From positions 107,572,001 through 107,636,000 of the forward strand of contig CM059431.1 in the NCBI GenBank assembly GCA_030390025.1: a stretch of DNA of 64,000 bases, read 5' to 3'. Position 1 is the stretch's first letter. The number at the start of each line of letters is the position of its first letter. Under the pieces are notes generated by a model. The model ran no database searches. It worked only from the letters and a program-made list of their open reading frames with translations, and was not told the origin of the DNA. Source of the stretch: Squalus acanthias (Eukaryota). The position numbers and the translations under genes were made by a program. Positions 1 through 12,590 of this stretch are shown here, one piece after another.

Positions 1-455
1 GTCGGTAGCACCCTCGCCTCTGAGTCAGAAGGTCATGGGTTCGAAGTACCCACTCCAGAGACTTGAGCACATGAAGTCCAGGCTGTCACTCCAGTGCAGT
101 GCTGAGGGAGTGCTGCACTGTCGGAGGAGCTGTCTTTCGGATGAGACGTTAAACCGAGGCCCCGTCTGCCTTCTCAGGTGGACGTAAAAGATCCCATGGC
201 CACTATTTCAAAGACGAGCAGGGGAGTTATCCCCAGTGTCCTGGCTGATATTTATCCTTCAATCAACAAAACAAAAACAGATTATCTGGTCATTATCACA
301 TTGCTGTTTGTGGGAGCTTGCTGTGCGCAAATTGGCTGCTGCATTTCCTACATTACAACAGTGACTACACTTGAAAAAGTACTTCATTGGCTGTAAAGCA
401 CTTTGGGATGTCCGGTGGCCATGAAAGGCACTCTATAAATGCAAGTCTTTCTTTT
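1..455 (+). mobile_element. tRNA-derived SINE, Deu-domain-like (SacSINE1/AmnSINE1-related), cut by window start
   Basis: tRNA-like head (GGTAGCAC...GGTTCGA), core GGATGAGACGTTAAACCGAGGCCCCGTC, tail ...ATAAATGCAAGTCTTTC; many further copies in this window. Confidence 0.85.
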
Positions 456-854
456 CGATCAAATTTTTTGCTGGGCTTTGTACTGGTGCTGAAGCATCCA
501 CTAATTTGCAGTTTAAACTATTTAAATTATGGCCTGATGACTTAATTTGGACACCCATGCAATTTCCCAGCATTTGTGCTGGTGTAGCACTCACCCATGG
601 AGCCACCCACTTAAAATGGGCATCCAGAGCTAATACTTACAGAAGTGGATTTACGCTGCACTCAAGCATTTTAAGCTATTTCTCAACTTTGTGTTTTATT
701 GTTTCATAGAGTCATAGAGTCATAGAGTTATACAGCACAGAAAGAGGCCCTTCGGCCCATCGTGTCCACGCCGGCCATCATTGTTTCCACTTAGCTAATT
801 AGAATTCTTTGTGCTAAGTATTCTGAGACTGCCCTGGATTTTTTTGGGTACAGC

Positions 855-1484
855 ATAAGAACATAAGAAATAGGAGCAGGAGTCGGCCATTTGGCCCTTC
901 GAGCCTGCTCCGCCATTCAATAAGATCATGGCTGATCTTCTACCTCATCTCCACTTTCCTGAACTATCCCATATCTCTTGATTCCCTTATTATTCAAAAA
1001 TCTATCGATCTCAGTCTTGAATATACTCAACGACTGAGCCTCCACAGCCCTCTGGGGTAGAGAATTCCAAAGATTCACCACCCTCTGAGTGAAGAAATTT
1101 CTCCTCATCTCAGTCCTAAATGGCCGACCCCTTATTCTGAGACTGTGACCCCTGGTTGTAGACTCCCCAGCCAGGGGAAACATCCTCCCTGCATATACCC
1201 AGTCAAGCCCTATAAGAATTTTGTATGCTTCAGTGAGATCACCTCTCATTCTTCTAAACTCTAGAGAATATAGGCCTAGTCTACTCAATCTCTCCTCAGA
1301 GGACAATCCCCCCATCCCAGAAACCAGTCTGGTGAACCTTCGTTGCACTCCGTCTATGGCAAGTATATCCTTCCTTAGGTAAGGAGACCAAAACTGTACA
1401 CAATACTCTAGGTGTGGTCTCACCAGGGCCCTATATAATTGCAGTAAGACATCTTTACTCTTACACTCAAATCCTCTTGTAATA
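855..1484 (-). mobile_element. CR1-clade LINE 3' fragment
   Basis: ORF 926-1423 RPHLEYCVQFWSPY...LWNSLP, the CR1 ORF2 C-terminus; 3'UTR and short repeat tail. Confidence 0.95.
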
Positions 1485-2444
1485 ATATCTACAATATTTG
1501 GATAATGGGTTTCTCAATGGGAATTCCTCACAGTTTTTTGGAGGAAGAAGAGGAGGAGAAATGAATTGCCAACTAAGAAATTGTCAAAAGTTTCCTGAAA
1601 ATCCAAGAATGTATTATCAACTGCATTTCCCCTGTTCATCATGTCAGTAATAGAAGAGTTTTGTTCCTCATCAAAATTAACATGGCCAAATCCTCTATAA
1701 GCTAGGGTGACATCGCTATGCCTCCAGCATATTTAACCTGAGAATAGATATCAGTCACCCATTTACATGGGTTGCTAGCAAATTACTTTTTTCCCCCTAA
1801 CATGCTGGTTGTACCATTTTCCCTTCTACTTTTACCAAGAAATTAACACAAATATAATAGGAATGGTTGAATAATTCATTAATTATGCAACAGAATCAAA
1901 AACAACATTCAATTTGCTATAGAATGACAAGAGCACTCTTTCCATGCCGTTTTCTAATGCTATGCGATGTTGAATTTTTTTTTGCAAGAATAATTTAACA
2001 GCCCAGAGATTTGCATGGACATTGAATATTAGATTGTATACCCACTGGGATTATGGAATATGCTGCATTGATCAAATTATTTAGACAAGAAATGACTGAA
2101 CTAAAAATATCTGCTACACATTGAGACATATGTAAATGGAAGACAATGCATAAAGGAATCAGTTCTACATGGAGTGACAGACGGAGCAACCTTTCTACAT
2201 TCATGTGAATGGGGGCAGTCTTATAGAAGAATGTCTGAGTTTATTCAGACTTTAGCTTCGACCTTACATTTTGGAATTAGAATTTGTCTTGGAGCTTTGG
2301 TTTCAGAAAGCATCACATTCTAATCTTCCAAAGTTAGGGCGGATGTTAAAACCACAGTACCCAATTCAAAATGACATTGGTGTTTTCCTCTTCCTTGTTA
2401 GGCTCAGCAAAACTGCTCCATAAGAAGTCATTAACAATTTATGG

Positions 2445-3760
2445 GGTATGGTAGGATAGTGGTAATGTTACTGGACTAGTAATCCTGGACTAATGATCCA
2501 GAGACTAGGGTCGGGATTTTGTTCACCTCGGCAGGTCCGTGGCGGGCGACGTTGGTGGCGGGTCCCAGCCCCGCTGCTGGTTCCATCCCGCTGGCTAAAA
2601 TGAATTTCCCTTGATAAGCCCACCCAGCGCGTTTCCCAGCCAATTAGAGGAAGCGGGTCTGGTGGCGTTACGCGTCATCAGCCGGTTTCCTTAAAGGGAC
2701 CATGGCCAACTTTATTTTGACATTTGTGCTGTCAGTGTTAACAATTAACAATGCTAACAATGACTGCACAAAGGCACAGGGCTGCACCCAGGCTCTCCCA
2801 TGACTCCCTCCATCTGCTTATGGAGGGAGTCACAGCACACCGAGGTGAGAGAGTATAAAGGGCACCCATGTTGATGGAATAGATGGCAGGTGAAGGAGAG
2901 ATGACAGAAGCCACCTGTCAATGGTGAGAGAGGTTGCTCCAATGAGGTAGCACTGGATGGAGAATTTGCTACAAACACTTGCAACCTGCATAAAGCTCAA
3001 TCTGTCTTCCAAATGCAGTAAGCAGCAGCTTCTGAGCTTGGAAAGTGAAGAGCTGTGAGATGGGAGCTTTTATAGCACATTTCAAGCTGTCAACTGATTC
3101 AATGGCCATTTATCTCCCGTCTTAGCTTAACAGACATGATACCCGAGCAGCGAGGACCCCGTGGGCAAGCACATAAAGTCAAAGGGTAAGCTAAAATGTA
3201 TTCTTAATGATGTCTAAACAAGGTCATAATGAACTTAATTGGGTCCCCCGCTGCTGCGTGTTGGGTCTGCCCAACGCTGAAAGACCCGACATTGGGAAAG
3301 GCGCATGGCGGCGGGTTCACAGCGGGGTCCCGACCCGCTGTGGAAAAAAAAGCGCTTTCCCACCCGACCCGCCGCCGTTCCCACCCGCTGATCCCCCGGG
3401 AAATTCCAGCCATGAGTTCATAATCCCACCACAGCAGCTGGGGAATTTAAAGCTAGTGTCACTAATGGTGACCATGAAACTACCGGATTGTCGTAAAAAC
3501 CCATCTCATTCACCAATGCACTTTAGGGGAGGAAATCTGCCATCCTTACCTATATCGGTCTGTGGGTCTGGCCTATATGTGACTCCAGACCACAGCAGTG
3601 TGGTTGACACTTAACTGCGCTCTGAAATGGCCCAGCAAGCCACTCAGTTGTACCAAAGAAGCATCATGGCAGTTAAAGAAGGCGGCTCACCACCACCTTC
3701 TCAAGGGCACTTAGGGATGGGCAATAATTGCTGGCCACATCCCTTGAACGAATCATTTAA
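2445..3760 (+). mobile_element. SINE family 2 (tRNA-like head, LINE-derived tail), split by a Harbinger derivative at 2509-3411
   Basis: GGTAATGTTACTGGACT head resumes as ATGAGTTCATAATCCCACC at 3412; colinear with the uninterrupted copy at 17745-18180. Confidence 0.8.
2509..3411 (+). mobile_element. Non-autonomous Harbinger derivative
   Basis: Imperfect TIRs GGTCGGGATTT / AAATTCCAGCC; Myb exon-1 start remnant (MTAQRHRAAPRLSHDSLHLLMEGV, about 2760); inverted homolog of 25204-26410. Confidence 0.75.
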
Positions 3761-3794
3761 AAAAATTTAACAAAATAACATTGAACAAAATAAC

Positions 3795-4250
3795 AGAATT
3801 GTACCAGGGATGAGGAACTTCAGTTACGTGGTGAGACTAGAGAAGCTGGAATTGTTCTCCTTAGAGCGGAGAAGGCTAAGGGAAGATTTGATGGAGGTGT
3901 TCAAAATTATGAGGGGCTTCGATCGAGTTGATGGGGAAAAACTGTTTCCACTGGCAAGGGGGTCAGTAACCAAAGGACACAGATTTAAGATAATTGGCAA
4001 AAAATCCAGGGAGGAAATGAGGAGGACGTTTTTTACGCAGTGACTTGTTTTGATCTGGAATGGACTGCCTGAAAATGTTGTGGAATCAGATTCAATAGTA
4101 ACTTCCAAAAGGGAACTGGATATATACTTGAAAAAGAGAAATTTACAGGGCTTTGGGCAAAGAGCAGGGGAGTGGGACTAATTGGAGAGCTCTTTCAAAG
4201 AGCCGGCACAGGCACGATGGGCCGAATGGTGCTGTATGGCTCTATGATTA
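3795..4250 (+). mobile_element. CR1-clade LINE 3' fragment
   Basis: ORF 3810-4043 LELFSLERRRLREDLMEVFKI; 3'UTR GGCACGATGGGCCGAATGG. Confidence 0.9.
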
Positions 4251-4317
4251 GGCTGTCAGTCAGGAAGGATGTAATACTACAATAAGATTGCCTCCCACTC
4301 TTACTAGACTACTAATG

Positions 4318-4343
4318 ATTGAATGAATGAATGAATGAATGAA
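4318..4343. repeat. (TGAA)n microsatellite
   Basis: TGAATGAATGAATGAATGAATGAA seen directly. Confidence 0.9.
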
Positions 4344-4719
4344 GAACAATCAGAATACTGTCTCCCTCTTTCCACAAGACTATCAGGATGGATACAACAA
4401 CACTATGAAGCCAAATAGCACCATCCCACGCATTTTTGTGTCACAGCATAATGTAAATGACATGTGCATGGCAAATTGAAAGGGCAGAATAAGTACAATT
4501 ATTCAAATTACAGCAGAATTCATCATATCTTTTGTAGGACAATTTTTGGAATGATGCCAACAGAGTTTTGTCCTATGTGCTGTACCAGTCTTAGCCATGC
4601 ACTTATTTCCACAAATGCTTTTAAAATGACATTAGTTTCTCTGAATATAGAATGTAGATTGCCACTAATTGCCTGTTTTGGCAGTCTCCCTACTAACACC
4701 GGCTGGATTCTCTTCCTTG

Positions 4720-5155
4720 AAAGAAAGAAAGACTTGCATTTATATAGCGCCTTTCACGACCACCGGATGTCCCACAGCGCTTTACAGCAAATGAAGTACT
4801 TTTGGAGTGTAGTCACTATTGTAATGTAGAAAAACGCTGCAGCCAATTTGCGCTCAGCAAGCTCCCACATGTGATAATGACCAGATAATCTGTTTTTGTG
4901 ATGTTGATTGAGGGATAAATATTGGCCGGGACACCGGGGATAACTCCCCTGCTCTTCTTCAAAATAGTGCCATAGGATCCTTTACATCCACCTGAGAGAG
5001 CAGACGGGGCCTCGGGTTAACGTCTCATCCAAAAGACGGCACCTCGGTACTGCATTGGGAGTGTCAGCCTAGATTTTTGTGCTCACGTCTCTGGAGTGGG
5101 GCCTTGAACCCACAACCTTCTAACTCAGAGGCGAGAGTGCTGCCCACTGAGCCAC
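4720..5155 (-). mobile_element. Deu-domain-like SINE
   Basis: Reverse complement of the family at 1-455, with a small internal deletion. Confidence 0.85.
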
Positions 5156-5165
5156 ACTTCACGGT

Positions 5166-5702
5166 GGGATGGGATTTCTACCCACTTCCCCAAGCCTGCC
5201 ACTATTTCACCCATTTTCCTGGATCAGGAGTCATTTGCAATGGTTCTGTGTGTGTGTGGAGTGGGGTGGCGGGGGGGGGGGGGAGAATCGCCGCCACCAG
5301 GAGGGAGCACATCGCTGATAGGGACCAAAATCCCAGTGGCACTGCTGCCGCAGCATCAAAAGAGGCAGCCGATCGTTCAAAAAGGCAGTAGAGCCCCACG
5401 AAGAAGAGAATTTTATTTTTAGGCCCTGGCCAAGACTGAGGCCAAATACTGCCTTCTACCTGCATCAGGAGACTTTGTGGCCATTCCCATCGCTACTGCG
5501 GACCGATCACCGCCTTCCGCCAGCTATGAAATGTGAACAGGAGGAAAATGGATTGGGAACCCGAGCAGCAAATGTGGCGGCTGGGGAAAGGTCCCAGCAA
5601 GGGCAGGCAAAGAGACGAAGGGAGGCAGCGGTATTTTCTCAGCACTTTATGCCCAAATCCGCTCCCATTTGAAGCCGGAATTGCAGAGGAAAAATCTTGC
5701 CC
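5166..5702. mobile_element. Possible decayed Harbinger-type MITE
   Basis: Ends GGGATGGGATTTC / GAAAAATCTTGCCC resemble the TIRs of other elements here; no TSD seen. Confidence 0.4.
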
Positions 5703-6149
5703 GAAGTCTTGATAAACCGGTACCAATGTGGCAGCAGGTCGTTGTTTTACTACGAGCAGGAGTTCTCCTCCTGGACCCTCAAAAAAAAAATTCTGACTCG
5801 CTGCTGGCATTTTTGCCACCCACCATGCCCTCCCCCCCTCCCCAAGATCTGAAATGTTGACATGGAGCCCGGCAGTTTTCCACCTTCCTACAACCGGTGA
5901 GCTACAGCAGGGAGCCAGTCTGGCAGCTTTTAAATGAGGCCCAAAGCCAATTTTTTCTCAGGCCTCAGGCTGGCGTGGACCAACACACGAAGCAGTCGCT
6001 CCACGAGCTTCCCGCCCTCCCCCCCCTCCATTGTCAATGCTGAGGACATCTGAAATGAGATATTGAGAGATACCTGCACTGTGAAGCTTAATTCTACTTT
6101 CCATGATGTCTGAGTTAGCATCTCTTACCCATAATAAAACAGCTGTTAG

Positions 6150-6262
6150 GAAAGAAAGAAAAGAAAGACTTGCATTTATATAGCGCCTTTCACGACCACC
6201 GGACGTCTCAAAGCACTTTACAGCCAATGAAGTATTTTTGAAGTGGAGTCACTGTTGTAATG
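6150..6262 (-). mobile_element. Deu-domain-like SINE 3' tail only
   Basis: GAAAGACTTGCATTTATATAGCGCCTTTCACGACCACCGG. Confidence 0.8.
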
Positions 6263-7002
6263 GAGCTGCCTCTAATCTATATTTGAGCACAAAAAGTAGC
6301 TAATGTTCTTGCAAAAGTGTACTAAAAAACATTACGACAATTGATCTTAATTTATAACACATAAATCACATAAGCTTGATTTCTGAGGCTGTATGACCTT
6401 AAGCATAATACTGAGGAGATGTTCTGAGAGAATGCTAGTGGGAGTACAACCTCACATGACGGTAGCCTTAAAATAAATGTAGATGACCGTGAATTCATCA
6501 CTTTCAAAGTAAACTGTACGTTATTGTCAGATGACAAATGTTGTCTTCATTTTTGTTCATGTTTCACGTTTCATTGGAGAAAGTGAAATAGTGCGTAGCA
6601 ATAATTGAGGTCAATAGGAAAAAAAGACCTTGACTGACAGAAATGACAATGATTGTATGGGATTGAAGAGAAGGACATTTTCCATTCTCTGCACCAATGT
6701 TGCCTGAAAGTTCCTCTCAGATTTATCACTATTAGGAAATAAATTTGCTTCAAATAACGGTGATGATATTGAGTCTGAGTCACATTCGACAGCAGCCAGG
6801 CACTTGATATGTGGGAAAGCCAGAAGGAGAAACAGACAAGATCTAGTTGCTCTGCGGCTGAAGGAGCATAGGATACTTCCACCAGGGACCCATGCTTGGG
6901 CTGTCTGAGAACGTAAATGTAGTAGAGAAGTTGTCAAGGAGCAGTAAATATTTCTTCGGCCTTCAACTTCAAATATAAATTTGTGAATTCAAAGTCAAAT
7001 CT

Positions 7003-7332
7003 ATCCACTTGTGGGGAAGATAAAAACTAGGGGCCATAAATATAAGATGGTCACCAATAAATCCAATCGGGAATTCTGGAGAAACTTCTTTACCCAGAGA
7101 GCGGTGAGAATGTGGAACTCGCTACCACAGGGAGTGGTTGAGGCGAATAGCATAGATGCATTTAAGGGGAAGCTAGATAAGCACATGAGGGAGAAAGGAA
7201 TAGAAGGATATGCTGATAGGGTGAGATGAAGAGTGGTGGGAGGAGGCTCATGTGGAGCATAAACACCGGCATAGACCAGTTGGGCCGAATGGCCTGTTAC
7301 TGTGGTGTACATTCTACGTAATCCTATGTAAT
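7003..7332 (+). mobile_element. CR1-clade LINE 3' fragment
   Basis: TRGHKYK...RNFFTQRAVRMWNSLP plus 3'UTR. Confidence 0.9.
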
Positions 7333-7517
7333 CTAACATTCACTGCAAAGTCCCACAGTGGCGGGGGTGTCATGGCCCCCTCCCCTAGTGGCCCCGATAC
7401 AAAGGGAGCTGTTTTTAAAAAAAAAAATCAAAATCCAGAGACCAATCTTCTGGTGTCCAGGCCACAATCTCGGCCTGAACCCCAGGTGACTCCCACAACC
7501 ACCACTTGCTTGGTTGA

Positions 7518-8195
7518 TATATATCCGCGCCGTAACTAAGACCGCCTATTTCCACCTCCGTAACATCGCCCGACTCCACCCCTACCTCAGCTCATCTGCT
7601 GCTGAAACCCTCATCTATGCCTTTGTTACCTCTAGACTTGACTATTCCAACGCACTCCTGGCTGGCCTCCCACGTTCTACCCTACGTAAACATGAGGTCA
7701 TCCAAAACTCTGCTGCCCGTGTCCTAACATGCACCAGGTCCCGTTCGCCCCTGTGCTCGCTGGCCTACATTGGCTCCTGGTTAAGCAACGTCTCGATTTT
7801 AAAATTCTCATCCTTGTTTTCAAATCCCTCCATGGCCTCGCCCCTTCCTATCTCTGTAATCTCCTCCAGCCCCACAACCCCACCAAGATATCTGCGCTCC
7901 TCTAATTCTGGCCTCTTGAGCATCCCTGATTTTAATCCTTCAACCGTTGGTGGCCGTGCCTTCAGCTGCTGAGGCCCTAAGCTCTGGCATTCCCTCCCTA
8001 AACCTCTCCACCTCTCTCTCCTCCTTTAAGATGCTCCTTAAAACCTACCACTTTGGCCAAGCTTTTGGCCATCTGTCCTAATAGCTCCTTATGTGGCTCG
8101 GTGTCAAATTTTGTCTGATAACGCTCCTGTGAAGCGCCTTGGGATGTTTTACTGTGTTAAAGGCGCGATATAAATACAAGTTGTTGTTGTTGTTG
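7518..8195 (+). mobile_element. L2-clade LINE 3' fragment
   Basis: ORF 7514-7972 AYFHLRNIARL...AFVTSRLDYSNALLAGLP, typical of L2 ORF2; (GTT)n tail. Confidence 0.9.
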
Positions 8196-8589
8196 ATATA
8201 TCTGGTCTCATCAAGCTTCACCTCATCTAGTCAATGAAGCACAACGACATCCCTTGTACAACCCGCCCAATTTTCCTTTCCGTTGACTTCAGTGATAAGG
8301 AAAATTGGACGGGGTAGGTAACGGGCGGCCGATCCACTACCCCACCCACAGGCACCCCCAACCCCCTCCCACCCATTTTAAACCCCATCAAAGTTGAATT
8401 TCACTCCCCTTTCCCCCAGTCACTTAAACACTTAACAAGACAGAAGAAAATTGGCATTGAGTGACAGTTGGATGTATGTGACCGACCTGATAACCTCAAC
8501 ACAGCACGAGAAATTATGTTATAAAGTTTGGAAGTGATCCCTCACTCCTCTATCTCTTGCTAATTGCTTCATTAAATAAAATGGTAAAA

Positions 8590-8940
8590 GAAAGAATATA
8601 GCACCTTTCACGACGTCCCAAAGCACTTGACAGCAAATGAAATACTTTTGAAGTGCAGTCACTGTTGTAATGTGGGGAACACGGCAGCCAATTTGCGCAC
8701 AGCAAGCTCCCACAAACAGCAACGAGATAATGATCAGGTAATCTGTTTTAGTGATGTTGGTTGAGGGATAAATATTGGCCAGGACACCGGGGAGAACTCC
8801 CCTGCTCTTCTTCGAAATAGTGAAATGGGATCTTTTACGTCCACCCGAGAGGGCAGACGGGGCCTCGGTTTAACGTCTCATCCGAAAGACGGCACCTCCG
8901 CCAGTGCAGCACTCCCTCAGTGCTGCACTGGGAGTGTCAC
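8590..8940 (-). mobile_element. Deu-domain-like SINE lacking its head
   Basis: Reverse complement of the family at 1-455. Confidence 0.85.
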
Positions 8941-9023
8941 TCAGGCAGCATCTGTGGAGAGAGAAACCAGTTCTGATGAAAGGTCATCGACCTGAAACGT
9001 TAACTCTGTTTTTCTCTTCACAG
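8941..9023 (+). mobile_element. Penelope-like terminal-repeat remnant with short inverted duplication
   Basis: CTGTGGAGAGAGAAAC ... GTTTTTCTCTTCACAG inverted pair around a hammerhead motif; homologous to 48344-48683. Confidence 0.7.
8969..9005 (+). ncRNA. Minimal type-I hammerhead ribozyme motif, intact core
   Basis: AGTT-CTGATGA-A-AGGTC-ATC-GACCT-GAAA-CGTT-AACT: stem I AGTT/AACT, stem II AGGTC/GACCT, palindromic AACGTT in place of stem III. Confidence 0.75.
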
Positions 9024-9774
9024 GTGTACAAATACTGTATGACACACCAGCCTATTATTTTTCAAGGATTTCTAGGGGATGAACTTTTGAGGTGGATGTG
9101 AAAGGTGACATTGAATTGCTGATGGAGCTCAGAAAGTAATTCAAGATTATTTGGAGAAGAGACGGTATTCATTAATGTATGCTCCTTCTGATCTCTGTCA
9201 GAAAGAGGCGAAAGCTTTTTGGGTAGATGTTCAGTTTTAAGTTGGCCAAGATTTTGCCTGTTGCCATTGCCAGTGTACAAGTGACACAGGAAAGGATCTA
9301 AACATAAACTCCATTTGTCTTCAATATAAAAGCCTCAAGCTGATGTATAAATAAACATGGTGTCGGTCTTTATGCTGTTTTATGATCATCCAATAGATAG
9401 TGCAGCACCACCTGGTGCGTGTACGAGCAATAGCGATTAGAGTTTAGATGAGGGAGTTATTTATCCATGACAGATTTTCAGTCTATTTTTTCCTAGTTAG
9501 GAATGTGAAAAAAAAATCATGTCTCATAGCTGCTAGGTTTGTAGAGTTCTGAAATAAAACATTCGCTCCGCAGAAGATTTCCACTGCCTGCTAAAATGTG
9601 AAGTCTCTGAGGGTTGATACTCAAGTTAAATTTAACATGAAATATGAACTGTAGTGGCTTATTGAAGATTATTAAACAGACATCAGTTTTGTCTTTAACT
9701 ACCCCAAATTGAATGTCCTTTCATTACTTCAACGCCTCTGACAGTGCAAACTGCAATTTCCCTGAGATGCATCT

Positions 9775-10425
9775 TTCATAGAATCATTACGGCAGAGAAG
9801 GAGGCCATTCAGCCCATCGTGTCTGTGCCGGCCAAAAAGAGAGCTGTCCAGCCCAATCCCACTTTCCAGCTCTTGGTCCGTAGCCCTGTAGGCTACGGCA
9901 CTTCAAGTGCATAACCATGTACTTTTTAAATGTGATTAGGGTTTCTGCCTCTACCACCATTTCAGGCAGTGAGTTCCAGACCCCCACCACCCTCTGGGTG
10001 AAAAAAGTTCTCCTCAACGCTCCTCTAATCCTTCTACCAATTACTTTAAATCTATGCCCCCCTGGTTATTGACCCCTCTGCTAAGGGAAGTAGGTCCTTC
10101 CTATCCACTTTATCTAGGCCCCTCATAACTTTATATACCTCAATTAAGTCTCCTCTCAGTCTCCTCCATTCCAAAGGAAACAGCCCCAGCCCATCCAATC
10201 TTTCCTCATAGCTAAAATTCTCCAGTCCTGGCAACATCCGTGAAAATCTTCTCTGTACCCTCTCTAGTGCAATCACATGTTTCCTGGACTGTGGTGACCA
10301 GAACTGTATGAAGTACTCTAACTGTGGCCTAACTAGCATTTTATACAGTTCAAGCATAACCTCCCTGCTCTTATGTCTCAGCTAATAAAGGAAAGTATCC
10401 CATATGCCTTCTTAACCACTTTCCA
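9775..10425 (-). mobile_element. CR1-clade LINE 3' fragment
   Basis: ORFs 10052-10357 (RPQLEYFIQFWSP) and 9787-10017 (FFTQRVVGVWNSLP), frameshifted. Confidence 0.9.
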
Positions 10426-10481
10426 CTTAGCTTGACAGGAATCCATATTTGGGATGGATGTCCACATATCTGATAACATAA

Positions 10482-10830
10482 TGAACATAGGAACAGGAGT
10501 AGGCCATTCAGCCCCTCAAGCCTGTTCCGCCATTCAATGAAATCATAGCTGATCTGTATCCTAACTCCATCTACTCGGCATGGCTCCATATCCCTTAATA
10601 CCCTTGGTCTATCAAAAATCTATTGATCTCAGATATAAAATTATTAATTGAGCTAGCATCTACTGCACTTGGAGTCAAGAAGTGTTTACTAACTTCTCTC
10701 CTGAATGGCCTGGCTCTGATTTTGAGGTTATATCTCCTTGCTCTAGACTCCCCCACCAGCAGAACATGTTTTTCTCTCTATCTACCCTATCAATTCCTTT
10801 CAAAATCCTAAAAACCTCAATCAAATCACC
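10482..10830 (-). mobile_element. CR1-clade LINE 3' fragment, decayed
   Basis: GDLIEVFRILKGIDRVD; 3'UTR AGGAGTAGGCCATTCAGCCCCTC. Confidence 0.85.
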
Positions 10831-12321
10831 CCAGAAGTCAGCACTGAGGGAGGGTGAGGTGGGAGTGGGGTGTGGGGGGACGGGCAGGGGGGACAGGCTA
10901 CTCTGTGGCTGACAGCAGGCCACAGTACTTTAGTAGGACCAGGAGGACCATTCCTCCTTCTGGTCCAACGGAATTTCCCCCAAAAAATGTTCGAGGCCGT
11001 TTTGGGAGTGGCCTCCAAAGACCACCATTTAGCCTGCTCATTGCTAGTACAAATGGGCAGAGCGTGCTCAGTGGATGGTTTGCTCATTTGTACCTGAAAA
11101 TTGCAAATGGGATCCTACAAGCAGCATGGGGGTCTTGATTTGCACATTCTTTGGGCAGGAATGCCGGGCACCTATTTACAGGCCCACCTGCAAAATTGCA
11201 TCCGGCAGATTTTCGGCACCCAAGAGACAGCTGCTGTTGCCATTCCATTTTCAACTGACAGACGCCTCACAAACTGGGTGGTCGACAGTTGAAAATCACC
11301 CCCACCCCCCCCCCCGCCCCATAACATTTTTATGTTCATAGAATTACATAGAATTTTACAGCACAGGAACGGGCCATTTGGCCCAACTGGTCTGTGCCAA
11401 TTTTTATGCTCCACATGAGCCTGCTCTACTTTATTTCATCTCACCCTATCAACATATCCTTCTCTTCCTTTCTCCCTCATGTACGTATCAAAGCTGGCAT
11501 CCCTGAGGTCGAATGCTCTGCTCCGTGAGGTGTTGTGTGCAGCAGCTCAGTCTGGAGGTGGTGATGAAACTCAGCTCAATCCTGTCTGGCAAATTGGACT
11601 GTTAGACAATCTCGGGATTTGAATATCGAACCACAGGGGATGCAAAATGAGCTTAGTCAACATTATTTTTAAAAAAAAAACTATATTGCAGATTATAATA
11701 TGCTTGAAAGCTTTGCCTCCTCGGAGCCAGTATTCTGTAGCTCTGCTGCCGGCTGGTGGTCTCGATGTTACTTTATTAACGTTGCGTGTAATCATCCGAG
11801 AGGCATGTTTCCAATTGCTTTCCACATTAAAGTTGGAGTCTCCCGCTACATTGAAAGGTGACGTGCGCGAACGGACCTGAATCTGAAGTAAAGCATCGCA
11901 CCAGTTGCCCGTGCGGAGCGCAGTCTGTTTAATGCAGCGTAGCTGCGCCTTGGCAGTACTTACTGTCTACCTATAGAGTCAAGGTTGATTTGGATTTCAA
12001 ACGAATTTTTATGTCTTGGATCAGTTCTTATACAGGCAGATTGTAGTAAAGTGGTTGCAATTATCTCCGAGGATGTACAGTGTCCTTTCTGCACCCCTTA
12101 CTGCAGATTACACGTGCCCATTTACTCTGCTATAAAAGCTTCCCTGGGATTTCTTCAATTACTGCTCCCGGTGACATTCTAGCTGATTTTATTCACTAGA
12201 CTGATTACACTAGAGTAGAGCAAGCCAGATTATCACTCTAAACTTCACAGTGGCACGTAAGAAATAAACTTACAGTCCCGGCAGTCGGTAAATAAGGGTT
12301 TTCTTCTTGGTTCAATTCAGA

Positions 12322-12590
12322 TTACATAGAATTTACAGCACAGAAACAGGCCATTCGGCCCAACTAGCCCGTGCCGGTGTTTATGCTCCACACAATCCTC
12401 CTCCCACCCCTCTTCATCTCACCCTATCAGCATGTTCTAGAAATATAGAAAAAAATCATAGAAACATAGAAAAATAGGAGCAGGAGTAGGCCATTCAGCC
12501 CTTCGAGCCTGCTCCGCCATTCAATGAGATCATGGCTGATCCTCTATCTCAATACCATACTCTATTCCTTTCTCCCTCACGTGCTTATCA
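12322..12590 (-). mobile_element. Two nested CR1 3'UTR tails
   Basis: One subfamily tail (12322-12436, resuming about 12560) interrupted by another (about 12439-12557). Confidence 0.75.

Noticed and set aside
178..396. Recurrent ORFs reading LLFVGACCAQIGC (also at 8519, 49930, 59121, 62006)
   Set aside because: Chance translation of the SINE body; not a gene family.
2402..2445. Strong polypyrimidine acceptor followed by a short open frame
   Set aside because: The apparent donor coincides with the start of a SINE, and the peptide is not recognised.
6571..6937. Overlapping ORFs and splice-acceptor-like sites in unique sequence
   Set aside because: No recognisable protein motif and no consistent acceptor-donor pair.
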